Assembly (NCBI GenBank): GCA_964016885.1
Contig: CAXHJY010000210.1
Location: 1-64,000, forward strand
Source of the DNA: Eledone cirrhosa
Taxonomy: Eukaryota
DNA: 64,000 bases
Reading direction: 5' to 3'
In this document: piece after piece, positions 37,482 to 52,070 of the stretch
Layout of the letters: each line of letters begins with the position of its first letter
Numbering within the stretch: position 1 is the stretch's first letter
Made by a program: the position numbers and the translations under genes
Notes under the pieces: generated by a model
Database searches by the model: none
Seen by the model: the letters and a program-made list of their open reading frames with translations, nothing else
Told to the model about the DNA's origin: nothing

Positions 37482-37912
37482 TACTAGTTTCAAGCTTATT
37501 AGCTATCGTCAGCAACGTATACCTTGATGCCAGATATGCAAATTGGGCTACTCAGCCGTTAATATGCAGAAGGTACGTATATACGTTCAACAATCTGGCA
37601 GGAAAGCATACGTTGCTGACGATAGCTAATAAGCTTGAAACTAGTAAAGCGTTCCTTTGTCAGTGTTGAACAAACGAGCAACGATGGCTGCTGGACACTA
37701 CGGCTTAATACGGGATGTTTGTTTACAAACACACAGAGCATTATAATAAATGTTCGGTGAATCCATACGTACATATATGTATATGTGTGCATGTATGTAT
37801 ACATACTACTGTACGTCTGTATACATATATGTATGTACGTGTACATACTTATATTTAAGTAACCGCCGTACTAAGAGTGGGAAATGAAATTTCGTTTCAT
37901 TTTTTTTTGTTT
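37482..37912 (+). mobile_element. About 430-bp non-coding HHR fold-back mini-element, copy 1
   Basis: Perfect inverted repeat 37482-37520 / 37608-37646 made of the HHR; 3' hairpin AAATGAAAT-TTC-GTTTCATTT; second copy at 46207. Confidence 0.8.
37610..37652 (+). ncRNA. Minimal hammerhead ribozyme motif
   Basis: ACGTTG-CTGACGA-TAGCT(AATA)AGCTT-GAAA-CTAG-TA-AAGCGT. Confidence 0.72.
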
Positions 37913-38210
37913 ATATATATATATATAAATATATATATATACATATATATGTATACATATATATATACATGTATACAATACATGTATACATATATATATA
38001 TATATGTATACATATATATATATATGTATATATATGTATATATATATACATATATATATATACAAGGATTAGAATACTGGAGCGTGTTTGAGTCAAACAC
38101 CCTCTTCGTATTATAGAAATGACAGTAAAAGGTATAGCTCAATGTAGTTAAACAGAGCCAAAAAATTAGGAGAGTAAAACAAAGAATCCTTTAATACATC
38201 AAAAGTTTTT

Positions 38211-38255
38211 ATTAGCCGACAATGTTTTGTCCTATTAAGGACTCATCAGGGCAAT
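38211..38255 (-). ncRNA. Hammerhead motif with GAAA to AAAA change
   Basis: ATTGCC-CTGATGA-GTCCT(TAAT)AGGAC-AAAA-CATTG-TC-GGCTAAT. Confidence 0.68.
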
Positions 38256-39226
38256 CAAAACAACAAGAGGTAATTTCGGCAGATACAAGCCAGAAACTCC
38301 GAAGAATATTATATATAACATTATGATATTTAAACTTTATATATCATGTAAGATGTCTGGATTTTTTAATATTGTAATATGTAACATTATGATATTTAGA
38401 CTTTACATATCATGTTAGATGTCTGTATATTTTTTTCTGTAACATCATATTTTTTTTGTAACATCATAATTGTTCCCTGTACCAATATAGTTTTTTTGAG
38501 TATTATTGTATTATATTATATGATTTATATTTCCTCATTTATTATGTAACCCAGTATGAATCATTTTGTACATATTGTTTATGGTAATTGTTAATATGTT
38601 AACATTTTATCATTGTATTTCACTGTGACATCTATATTGTTTCTGTAAATTAACCGGGGATTATCTATTCTACTTTATTATATTGTATTGAATTATATAA
38701 TTTTGTTGTTTATTATTTGTTGTAAGTGTTTCTTGTAATTATATCATATTATTGCCTCATGTATATTGGGTAGATGTATTAGTATTATTTTCACTATTAC
38801 CATGCTTATTTTTAATATTCAAACTTCTAATAGGGCTTAATTTCTGTGTAATAGAAAATAGATATGTGTATTGTAATATGTGTGTGTGTGTGCACATATA
38901 TACATGTATATATTGTACCTTTTGATTTTTAATTTGGAACTTTAATGTTGGTATAAATATATTAATATTATAATGTATTATATTGTGTTATATATAATTC
39001 CTGCTCTATATAACCAAATTTGTTTAGATTTAAGTTGGTGGCTTTGGACTATATTTATAATATGGTTCTTAACGTTATCTACATCCTTAGTTATTATAAT
39101 TTTATTATTTTTATCTTTATTTTCATTTTTATTATCGTATATCTTTGCAAGAGATTAGTGTATGTACACTCCATATTCTTCGGAGTTTCTGGCTTGTATC
39201 TGCCGAAATTACCTCTTGTTGCTTTG

Positions 39227-39271
39227 ATTGACCTGATGAGTCCTTAATAGGACAAAACATTGTCGGCTAAT
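39227..39271 (+). ncRNA. Hammerhead motif with GAAA to AAAA change
   Basis: ATTGAC-CTGATGA-GTCCT(TAAT)AGGAC-AAAA-CATTG-TC-GGCTAAT. Confidence 0.65.
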
Positions 39272-39327
39272 AAAAACTTTTGATGTATTAAAGGATTCTT
39301 TGTTTTACTCTCTTAATATATATATAC

Positions 39328-39381
<54 letters not shown>

Positions 39382-39383
39382 TC

Positions 39384-39471
<88 letters not shown>

Positions 39472-39505
39472 TCATATATATATATATTCATATATATATA
39501 TATAC

Positions 39506-39568
<63 letters not shown>

Positions 39569-39597
39569 CATATATATATATACATATATATATATAT

Positions 39598-39707
39598 TCT
39601 CTTTTACTCTTTTACTCTTTTACCTGTTTCAGCCATCCGGCTGAGGCCATGCTGGGGCACCGCCCTTGTTGCTACACATTTTATCTCCAGCCTGGATAGG
39701 TTGGCCA
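39598..39707 (-). mobile_element. 110-bp 3' end of the CR1 family at 31146
   Basis: Matches 31146-31246 with one extra GTAAAAGA tail unit. Confidence 0.92.
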
Positions 39708-39792
39708 TATATATATATACATATACATATACATACATATATATATATACATACATATATATATACATATATATATATACATATATATATAT

Positions 39793-40366
39793 GGTGGCTG
39801 CCAACTCGTTTTCGAGTACGGCCACTACTCTATATCCATGTAGGAGAACCCCTACCGATGCGCTGAACGAGTGTGACTTTTTAGTCCAGCCAGCGACTTG
39901 AAAACTCTGGTACAAACACTACACTTGTGACAATTATTGACACATAGTGCTGGGCCCATGGTACCATGTTACGACAAGTGCAGAGAGATCTCCAGATATA
40001 AAGCAATGCCTGTGCCGTGAAGCTTTTATAGTGAGCAAAGGCACTGCACAAAGCCAGTCCCACTCTCTTAACCAAGATGATATTTACCAAAAAGAAGAAC
40101 AAGTCAACATCATTGGATACCATCAGGGTTGCAGGTGTTATATCAGAGTTTTCCTTCTCCTAGAATTCTGCCTTGACAAAGGCTAAGGGGTCATCTCTCC
40201 CGGTGATTTTGGATGGCCATTGACTCTTAAGTGCTCCTTTGCCCTTTGACAGGTTTTGTTTTTAGCCCTGCAGGATGTCCAAAGTCACCCTCCTCACCAA
40301 GAAACCTTGGTGGGGTTGCCAGTTTAGTCGCCAACGACCCGACCATGAGACAGGTTGTACTGGGAT
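39793..40366 (-). mobile_element. Non-coding interspersed element with RTE-5'UTR-like head, copy 1
   Basis: Second copy 48338-48893 shares one end exactly; GGCGACTAA and CTAGGAGAAGGAAAACTCTGA motifs recalled from RTE 5' UTRs. Confidence 0.65.
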
Positions 40367-40374
40367 ACATGTAT

Positions 40375-40408
<34 letters not shown>

Positions 40409-40730
40409 ATACATACATATATATATATACATACATATATATATATACATACATATATATATATACATACATATATATATATACATACATACATACATAT
40501 ATATATATACATACATATATATATATATACATACATATATATATATATATACATACATACATATATATATACATATGTATATATATATATATACATATAT
40601 ATATACATATGTATATATATATATATACATATACATATACATATGTATATATACATATATATATACATATGTATATATACATATATATATATACATATAT
40701 ATATATACATATATATATACATATATATAT

Positions 40731-42663
40731 ATCATCATCATCATCATCATCATCAGGTTTAGCGTCCGTGTTCCACGCTTGCATGGGTTTGGACGGGGGT
40801 TTTCCCACTTGAGGCAAGAGTGGTTGTCTTGCTCGCATAGGACTGTCTGGCGGGTTTTCTACAGTTGGATGCCCTTCCTAACACCAACCACATTTACAGT
40901 GTGGGGCTGGGAGGTTTTTACCGTGTTGCCTACACGGCCACATTACAGCGTGGACTGTCTGGCGGGTTTTCTACAGCTGGATGCCCTTCCTAACACCAAC
41001 CACATTTACAGTGTGGGGCTGGGAGGTTTTTACCGTGTTGCCTACACGGCCACATTTACAGCGTGGACTGTGTGTTTTTTGTCGTGACACCTACACGATC
41101 TCATTTGTTTCGGCCTGGATGTTGTGGGACCAACATAACTTTACATTGAAAGGGGCGGTGTGGGTGGGGTGGAGGGTGGTGGGACGGGGGTGTGTTTTGA
41201 TAGAGATGCCTACTGACTGTAGTAGGTTTTTACTTTGTATTTAGGTAAGGCGGGTCTTCTCTATTACTGAGTACCGCCAAAGGTCTCGGTCCAGTGACAT
41301 TGTCTTGGAGAGGTGTAAGCGTGTGAGGTCGGAATTTATCAGCTCGTCCCATGTTTTTCTGGGTCTGCCTACTCCGTGGCTACCATCTATCTTTATTGCC
41401 CTGCACTTTGTTATACAGCTGTCGTCTTTCATGCGCATCACGTGACCGTACCAACGTAGCCTTCTCTCGAGTAAACAACATCTGATCCCTCTTATTTCTA
41501 ATTTTTTCCTTAGTTCGTTTATGCTTTGCCGTTCACGTATATTACTATTGCACATCCAGCGGAGCATGCAAGCTTCGTTCCTCTCTAGTCTGCGTATATC
41601 CTCTGCACACAATGCCCAGGTCTCACTGCCATGCAGCATTGCTGTTCGTATGCAGGCATCGTATAACCTGCCTTTCATTTTTAGGGAGAACCCTCTAGCG
41701 GCTAATAGTGGTATAAGCTCTCTGAACTTTTTCCATCCAGTTCTGACTCTAGCTACTGTACTTTCAGAGCACCCTCCCCCACTGCTGATTTTGTCACCCA
41801 GATAACGGAAGCTGTCCACTATTTCTATAGAACCCTCTGCGCAGTTGAAGGAGCTAGTATTTTGTGGGCACTTGCTGCTACTTATTGCACCAGAGCACCG
41901 GCCACATGTAAAATCTATGTTCTTAGTTAGCTTACCTGTGATCCCACTACATCTTTTATGCACCCATACTTTGCATTTGGGACATAAAATGGAGTTTCTA
42001 CCTACGCCTTTCCTACACACTGAGCATGGCCATTTCCCCGATGGGACCGCCGCCTTATTTTCTTTCCTACAAACTAGAACTTTAGTCTTAGCCAGGTTAA
42101 TTTTAAGGCCTTTTGATTCTAGGCCGTGCTTCCACGTTTGGAATTTCTTCTCTAGTTCGGTCATTGATTCAGCTATGAGCGTTAGATCATCTGCGTATAG
42201 GAGTTCCCATGGGCAGCCGGTCTTGAACTCCTCTGTTATAGCCTGAAGGGCAATAATAAATAGTAGGGGGCTAAGAACAGAGCCCTGATGGACACCAACT
42301 TTTACGCTAAACTCTTCACTATATTCGTTGTTAATTCTAACCTTACTGACTGTTTCTTTATACATGGCTTGTATAGCTCTCACAAGCCATTCGTCAACAC
42401 CTAGTTTTCTAAGAGACCACCAGATAATGGAACGGGGGACTCTGCCGAAGGCTTTCCCCAAGTCGACGAAAGCTAAGTATAGGGGTTTACTTTTAGCTAG
42501 GTACTTCTCCTGTAGTTGTCGTACAATGAAAAGAGCGCCTGTGGTACTTTTGCCTGACACAAACCCGAACTGCATTTCATCTAGATCAATTCTCTCTCTG
42601 ATTAGTTGCGCTATTACTTTTTCCGTGACCTTCATGACCTGGTCGATTAATTTAATGCCTCTA
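40731..42663 (-). mobile_element. RTE family B, 5'-truncated, uninterrupted RT frame 41241-42663, tandem duplication in 3' UTR
   Basis: Highly similar to 11131-12942; (CAT)n on + strand at 40731-40754. Confidence 0.95.
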
Positions 42664-42933
42664 CATATATATATACATATATATATATAAATACATATAT
42701 ATATATAAATACATATATATATATAAATACATATATATATATATACACATATATATATATATACACATATATATATATACATATATATATATAAATACAT
42801 ATATATATATAAATACATATATATAAATACATATATATATATACACATATATATATATACACATATATATATACACATATATATATGTATACATATATAT
42901 ATATACATATATATATATATACATATATATACA

Positions 42934-42967
<34 letters not shown>

Positions 42968-43004
42968 CATATATATACATATATATACATATACATATAT
43001 ATAC

Positions 43005-43044
<40 letters not shown>

Positions 43045-43067
43045 CTACATATATAATATATATCTAC

Positions 43068-43098
<31 letters not shown>

Positions 43099-43115
43099 CA
43101 TATATAATATATATC

Positions 43116-43156
<41 letters not shown>

Positions 43157-43764
43157 ATACTTTAGCAGATAGGCTAAAAGATTACAACTCAGAAACGATA
43201 TATACATATATATATATATATATATATCTACATATAATATATATCTACATATATATATATACATACATATATATACACATATATATACATATATATATCT
43301 ACATATATATACATATATATATCTACATATATATATACAATATATAACTACATATATAATATATATATACACATATGTATATATATACATATATAATATA
43401 TATATACACATATATATATATATATACATATATATATATCTACATATATAATATATATCTACATATATAATATATATTTACATATATAATATATATTTAC
43501 ATATATAATATATATTTACATATATAATATATATTTACATATATAATATATATATACATATATAATATATATTTACATATATAATATATATTTACATATA
43601 TAATATATATACATATACATATATATATACATATATATATATACATATACATATATACATATATATATACATATATATATACATATATAGACATATATAT
43701 ATATACATATATATATACATATATACATATATATATATACATATATATATACATATATATATAC

Positions 43765-43854
<90 letters not shown>

Positions 43855-43855
43855 C

Positions 43856-43914
<59 letters not shown>

Positions 43915-43985
43915 CATATATATATACATATACATATATATATATATATACATATATATACATATATATATATATATATACATAT

Positions 43986-44016
<31 letters not shown>

Positions 44017-44951
44017 CATATATACATACATACATATATATATATATACATATATACATACATACATATATATATATATACATATATACATACATACATA
44101 TATATATATAATGCATATATACATATATATACATATATACATATATATACATATATATATATATGCATATATACATATACATACATATACATATATATAC
44201 ATATATATATATATGCATATATACATATACATATATACATATATATACATATATACATATATATACATATATATGTATATATACACATATATATATATAC
44301 ATATATAATATATATTTACATATATAATATATATTTACATATATAATATATATATATATACATATATACATACATATATACATATATATGTATATATACA
44401 CATATATATATATACATATATAATATATATTTACATATATAATATATATTTACATATATAATATATATATATATACATATATACATACATATATACATAT
44501 ACATATACACATATATATATACACATATATATATACATATATATATACATATATATATACATATATATATATATATACATATATATACATATACATACAT
44601 ATACATACATATACATATATATATACATATATATACATATACATATATATATACATATATATATACATATATATACATATACATATACATATATACATAT
44701 ACATATATACATATACATATATACATATATATATATATACATATATATATATACATATACATATATACATATACATATATACATATACATATATACATAT
44801 ACATATATACATATACATATATACATATATATACATATATATATACACATATATACATATATATATACATATATATACATATATATAACATATATATATA
44901 ATACATATAATATATACATATATATACATATATATATATACATATATATAC

Positions 44952-44984
<33 letters not shown>

Positions 44985-45201
44985 CATATATATACATATA
45001 TATACATATATATATATATACATATATATACATATATATATATACATATATATACATATATATATATATACATAATATATACATATATATACATATACAT
45101 ATATATACATATATATATATATACATATAATACAATACAATATATATACATATATATACATATACATATATATACATATATATATATATACATATATATA
45201 C

Positions 45202-45264
<63 letters not shown>

Positions 45265-45376
45265 CATATAATATACATATATATACATATATATATATAT
45301 ATACATATATATACATATATATATATATATATACATATATACATATATATATATACATATATATACATATATATAC

Positions 45377-45407
<31 letters not shown>

Positions 45408-45512
45408 CATATATATACATATATATATATACATATATATATATACATATATATATATACATATATATATATACATATATATATATACATATATATACAT
45501 ATATATATATAC

Positions 45513-45565
<53 letters not shown>

Positions 45566-46112
45566 CATATATACATATACATATATATATACATACATAT
45601 ACATATATATATACATATATATACATATATATATACATATATATACATATACACATACACATATATATATACATATATATACATATACACATAGATACAT
45701 ATATATACATATACACATACACATATATAGATACATATATATACATATACATATATATATACATATACATATACATATATACATATATATACATATACAT
45801 ATATACATATATATACATATACACATATATATATACATATATATACATATACACATATATATACATATACATATATACATATATATATATATACATATAT
45901 ATACATATACACATATATATTACATATACACATATATATACATATATATATATATATACATGTACATATATATATATATATACATATATATACATATACA
46001 TATATATATATATATATACATATATATACATATACATATATATATATACATATACATATACATATATACATATACATATATACATATACATATATATACA
46101 TATACATATATA

Positions 46113-46145
<33 letters not shown>

Positions 46146-46206
46146 ATATATATACATATATACATATATATATACATATATACATATATATATACATATA
46201 TATATA
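42664..46206. repeat. (TA)n array with TTTAC/TAAT and TACA units; unique island at 43151-43197
   Basis: Direct reading. Confidence 0.95.
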
Positions 46207-46638
46207 TACTAGTTTCAAGCTTATTAGCTATCGTCAGCAACGTATACCTTGATGCCAGATATGCAAATTGGGCTACTCAGCCGTTAATATGCATAAGGGT
46301 ACGTATATACGTTCAACAATCTGGCAGAAAAGCATACGTTGCTGACGATAGCTAATAAGCTTGAAACTAGTAAAGCGTTCCTTTGTCAGTGTTGAACAAA
46401 CGAGCAACGATGGCTGCTGGACACTACGTGTTAATACGGGATGTTTGTTTACAAACACACCGAGCATTATAATAAATGTTCGGTGAATCCATACGTACAT
46501 ATATATATATGTGTGCAATGTATGTATACATACTACTGTACGTCTGCATACATATATGTATGTACGTGTACATACTTATATTTAAGTAACAGCCGTACTA
46601 AGAGTGAGAAATGAAATTTCGTTTCATTTTTTTACATT
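46207..46638 (+). mobile_element. HHR fold-back mini-element, copy 2 (HHR at 46336-46378 on +, inverted arm 46207-46245)
   Basis: Colinear and highly similar to 37482-37912. Confidence 0.8.
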
Positions 46639-46752
46639 TATATATATATATATATAAATATATATATTATACATATATATGTATACATATATATATATGT
46701 ATACATATATATATATGTATCTAAGTGTATACATATATATATATATATATAC

Positions 46753-46792
<40 letters not shown>

Positions 46793-47330
46793 GTATATAA
46801 TATATATATATATACGTATATATATATATATATATATACGTATATATATATATATATATAATATATATATATATATACGTATATATATATATATATATAT
46901 ACGTATATATATATACGTATATATATATATATATACGTATATATATATATATATATATATACGTATATATATATATATATATATATATATACGTATATAT
47001 ATATATATATATGTATATATACGTATATATATATATATATACGTATATATATATATATATATATATATACGTATATATATATATATATATATATATATAC
47101 GTATATATATATATATATATATATATATACGTATATATATATATATATATATATATATACGTATATATATATATATATACGTATATATATACGTATATAT
47201 ATATATATATATATATATACGTATATATATATATATATACGTATATATACATATATATATATATATATACGTATATATATATATATATATATATATATAC
47301 GTATATATATATATATATATATATATATAC

Positions 47331-47374
<44 letters not shown>

Positions 47375-47448
47375 GTATATATATATATACGTATATATAT
47401 ATATATATATATATATACGTATATATATATATATATATATATATATAC

Positions 47449-47482
<34 letters not shown>

Positions 47483-47507
47483 GTATATATATATATATAT
47501 ATATACG

Positions 47508-47538
<31 letters not shown>

Positions 47539-47671
47539 CGTATATATATATATATATATATACGTATATATATATATATATATATACGTATATATATATA
47601 TTATATACGTATATATATAAAATATATATATATATATATATATATACGTATATATATATATATATATATAC

Positions 47672-47720
<49 letters not shown>

Positions 47721-47721
47721 T
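46639..47721. repeat. (TA)n array with TACGTA units
   Basis: Direct reading. Confidence 0.97.
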
Positions 47722-48179
47722 GATATAAAAGACGCAATAAATATAAAAGAATTACAACCAAAATTAAATAGAAAACATTAGTGGAACAGCAACATCACCA
47801 CTTACAATTAAGGACAAAATGAAAACACACACACATAGAACAAACAACCAACCAGTAACATGTAAATAAACAAATAAATAAACGAATATAAACACACACA
47901 GACACCCGGATGTGGCGCATGCGCAGACTGAGCACACAACACACAGAAATAAGATGGCGTAGGACAGAACAAAGGAGAGGCACAAAAACAAAGAAAATAA
48001 TCTGAAGAGGTCACAGAATGTGTGACGAAAGAACTTTGACAATATATAAACAACCATCTGGTCGTGGAACCAACCAACCAACCGGAAATTTATAAATTCC
48101 TAAATTTATAAATTTATTATAATAAATTGAAGAACTGGTGCGTGTATTTCTTATTGGCAACATGACCCTCCCAAAGTAT

Positions 48180-48185
<6 letters not shown>
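47722..48185 (+). mobile_element. PLE 3' end: last GIY-YIG codons plus pLTR with HHR-like core (48002-48036)
   Basis: [19 protein letters not shown]-stop; CTGAAGAG-GTCACA(GAATG)TGTGAC-GAAA; stem I not evident. Confidence 0.7.
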
Positions 48186-48249
<64 letters not shown>

Positions 48250-48337
48250 GTATACATATATATGTATGTGTATATATATATATGTATATATGTATACATA
48301 TATATATATGTAGATATATATGTATACATATATATAT

Positions 48338-48892
48338 GGTGGCTGCCAACTCGTTTTCGAGTACGGCCACTACTTTATATCCATGTAGGAGAACCCCTAC
48401 CGATGCGCTAAACAAGTGTGACTTTTAGTCCAGCCAGCGACTTGAAAACTCTGGTACAAACACTACACCTGTGACAATTATTGACACAGTGTTGGGGCCT
48501 TGGTACCATGTGACGACAAGTGTAGAGAGATCTCCAGATACAAAGCAATGCCTGTGCCGTGAAGCTTTTATAGTGAGCAAAGGCACTGCACAAAGCCAGT
48601 CCCACTCTCTTAACCCGAGTTGATATTTACCAAAAAGAAGAATAAGTCAACATCATCGGATACCATCAGGGTTGCAGGTGTTATATCAGAGTTTTCCTTC
48701 TCCTAGAATTCTGCCTTGACAAAGGCTAAGGGGTCATCTCTCCCGGTGATTTTGGATGGCCATTGACTCTTAAGAGCTCCTTTGCCCTTTGACAGGTTTT
48801 GTTTTTAGTCCTGCAGGATGTCCAAAGTCACCCTCCTCACCAAGAATCCTTGGTGGGGTTGCCAGTTTAGTCGCCAACAACCCGACCATGGG

Positions 48893-48893
<1 letters not shown>
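48338..48893 (-). mobile_element. Non-coding element with RTE-5'UTR-like head, copy 2
   Basis: Highly similar to 39793-40350. Confidence 0.65.
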
Positions 48894-48923
<30 letters not shown>

Positions 48924-49022
48924 CCTATATGTATATATAGGTATATATATACATATATGTATATATGTATACATATATATATATATGTATATATGTATAC
49001 ATATATATATATGTATATATAT

Positions 49023-50776
49023 GGAAAGTTATATTTAAATTGTTGGGTTACAACTAGTAAATATTTATAACTGATATAAAAGCACTCGACAAGTATTTGG
49101 AGTATATTTACGATATTAAATAAATGGAAACTATATTTATAAAACCATATTTATTTCATTATATATATTTCAGGGATATCATATTAACAATATGCTATGC
49201 CTTCCTCAGACAAAATACAATATAAACAGTTTTTATAGATAAATAGATTTGACATACCGTACAACATCGACTTGTATTTGAAAAGTTGAATTGGCAGTGA
49301 AAAAATTGTACACAGAGAGAAAGAAAGAGAGAAAAAGGAAAGAAAGACAGAAAACGAAGAAAGAGAAGAAAAAGAAGAAATGCATGGAACAAAATAGAGA
49401 GATGGAAAGATAGATAAAGAAAAGAACTTCATGTAAAGAAACAGAGAGAGATATATATATATAGAGAGAGGAAATAGAGATAGATATATATATATAGAAA
49501 ACTAGGTAGTGGGAACATCCGTTGAGTAAACGTATCAATGATACATTTATTTATTTATTTATTTAGCTCTAGTATTAATGTAAGGGAGATATATGTGGTT
49601 AGGAGAGAAACCAGCTGTTATATAGAGAGAAAAATTAAAAATAACCAGACATAGGCGAGGCATAAAAACCCTATGTTTTAATGTAGAGGTATTAGTATGT
49701 ATAAAAACCAGCCACTTTTAATATAATATGCATATTATATTATCGGCTAGGAAAACTTTGATAGAATTTAATGACCAACTATGGACCAGAGCAGATAGAG
49801 ATAGCAATTTTGACATTACTATGGGATCATCCGACTCAGCTCAGGTAACTGACCTTGTGGGCTTATTTTTAATCAATTCGCTACATAGGAAAATACCTGG
49901 TACTACCGGAGGTTTATATAGAGATGACATGCTTTTACTTATTGATAATAATAACTCTGAACTAAATAGAAAATGTAAACAAATTACACAATTTTTTAAT
50001 TACTTTAATCTTAAAATAGAAATTGAGAACAACCATAGAATAGTCAATTTCCTAGATATAACATTAAATCTCAACACATGTCTTCACTATCCTTTTCACA
50101 AGTTGAATGAAAACTTAAACTATGTCAACTTTAACTCTAACCACCCCAGATCTGTCAAAAACACTATAGTAAACTCTGTTCAAAAACGTATCTCTAGGAT
50201 CTCGTCGAATAGAAAGATTTTCGACGAAAAAGCCAATACTACAATGAAGCATTAGCTAGAGCAGGATATACTGATAAGATTATGTACATAGATAATGATA
50301 GACAAACTAAACAAAATAACAACTATTTTAATTACGGCAACAACCTTAACAACTATAATAGAAAGCATTACAATAATTCCAAAGGCAAAAAAGAAATAGA
50401 ACTAGGAACATAATTTGGTTTGCCCCCCCTTTCTCACTAAACATTAAAACCCACATCGCTAAACTATTTTTAAAGCTCTTGATAATCGCTTCCCTAGAAC
50501 ACATAGGTATCACTCAATTTTCAATAGACATACTATAAAATTAACCTACTCATCCACCAAAAATTTAGCACAAAATATTAATAGAATAAATAATAGGAAC
50601 TTAAAACCTAGTGATAATAGCATAAATAATATACAAGTTAACAAATGTAACTGTAGAGATAGATCTAAATGTCCGTTAAATAACAACTGCTTAGTTAAAA
50701 ATATAGTATACAATTGTAATGTTAAGAACTGACTAATTCTTTTAACTACGTCGGTTCCACATCGACGGAATTTAAA
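49023..50776. mobile_element. PLE of the 14156 family: 3' end on minus (49023 to about 49715) joined to an inverted RT-EN segment on plus
   Basis: 49023-49711 matches 14156-14825; HHR 49152-49217 (-); 50611-50776 is the reverse complement of 15947-16113. Confidence 0.88.
49728..50776 (+). pseudogene. PLE reverse transcriptase to GIY-YIG start, frameshifted
   Basis: [49 protein letters not shown]. Confidence 0.88.
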
Positions 50777-50800
50777 TATGTAATATATATATAGTATATA

Positions 50801-50846
<46 letters not shown>

Positions 50847-50854
50847 TATACATG

Positions 50855-50887
<33 letters not shown>

Positions 50888-50889
50888 AC

Positions 50890-50920
<31 letters not shown>

Positions 50921-51109
50921 TATATACATATATATACATATATATACATATATATATATATATTTATGTATATATATATATATACATATATATACATATA
51001 TATATATATATACATATATATACATATATATACATATATATATATATATTTATGTATATATATATATATACATATATATACATATATATATATATATACA
51101 TATATATAC

Positions 51110-51142
<33 letters not shown>

Positions 51143-51180
51143 CATATATATACATATATATATATATACATATATATACA

Positions 51181-51242
<62 letters not shown>

Positions 51243-51249
51243 CATATAT

Positions 51250-51294
<45 letters not shown>

Positions 51295-51353
51295 TATACA
51301 TATATACATATATATACATATATACATATATATACATATATATACATATATAC

Positions 51354-51406
<53 letters not shown>

Positions 51407-51451
51407 CATATATATACATATATATATATATACATATATATACATATATAT

Positions 51452-51510
<59 letters not shown>

Positions 51511-51560
51511 ACATATATATACATATATATACATATATATATATATATACATATATATAC

Positions 51561-51603
<43 letters not shown>

Positions 51604-51637
51604 TATACATATATATATATGTATATATATATATGTA

Positions 51638-51721
<84 letters not shown>

Positions 51722-51773
51722 CATATACATATATATATGTATATATATATATATATATATTACATATATATAC

Positions 51774-51818
<45 letters not shown>

Positions 51819-51905
51819 TATACATATATATATATGTATATATATATATGTATATATGTATATATATATGTATATATATATATATATATATATACATATA
51901 TATAC

Positions 51906-51950
<45 letters not shown>

Positions 51951-52033
51951 TATACATATATATATATGTATATATATATATGTATATATGTATATATATA
52001 TATACATATATATATGTATATATATACATATAC

Positions 52034-52070
<37 letters not shown>

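Larger units (their letters stand above)
38063..39317. mobile_element. Non-coding PLE-derived element with inverted HHR arms
   Basis: Arms 38165-38309 and 39173-39317 inverted; T-rich spacer; unpaired tail 38063-38164. Confidence 0.78.

Noticed and set aside
37482-37912. Helentron/DINE-like interpretation (inverted repeat plus 3' hairpin)
   Set aside because: The inverted repeat is a complete hammerhead core and no subterminal repeat pair was seen; not fully excluded
41241-43034. Microsatellite-RT fusion ORFs (also 59708-61054 and 19057-20271)
   Set aside because: Chance in-frame joining of truncated elements to ATG-containing repeats
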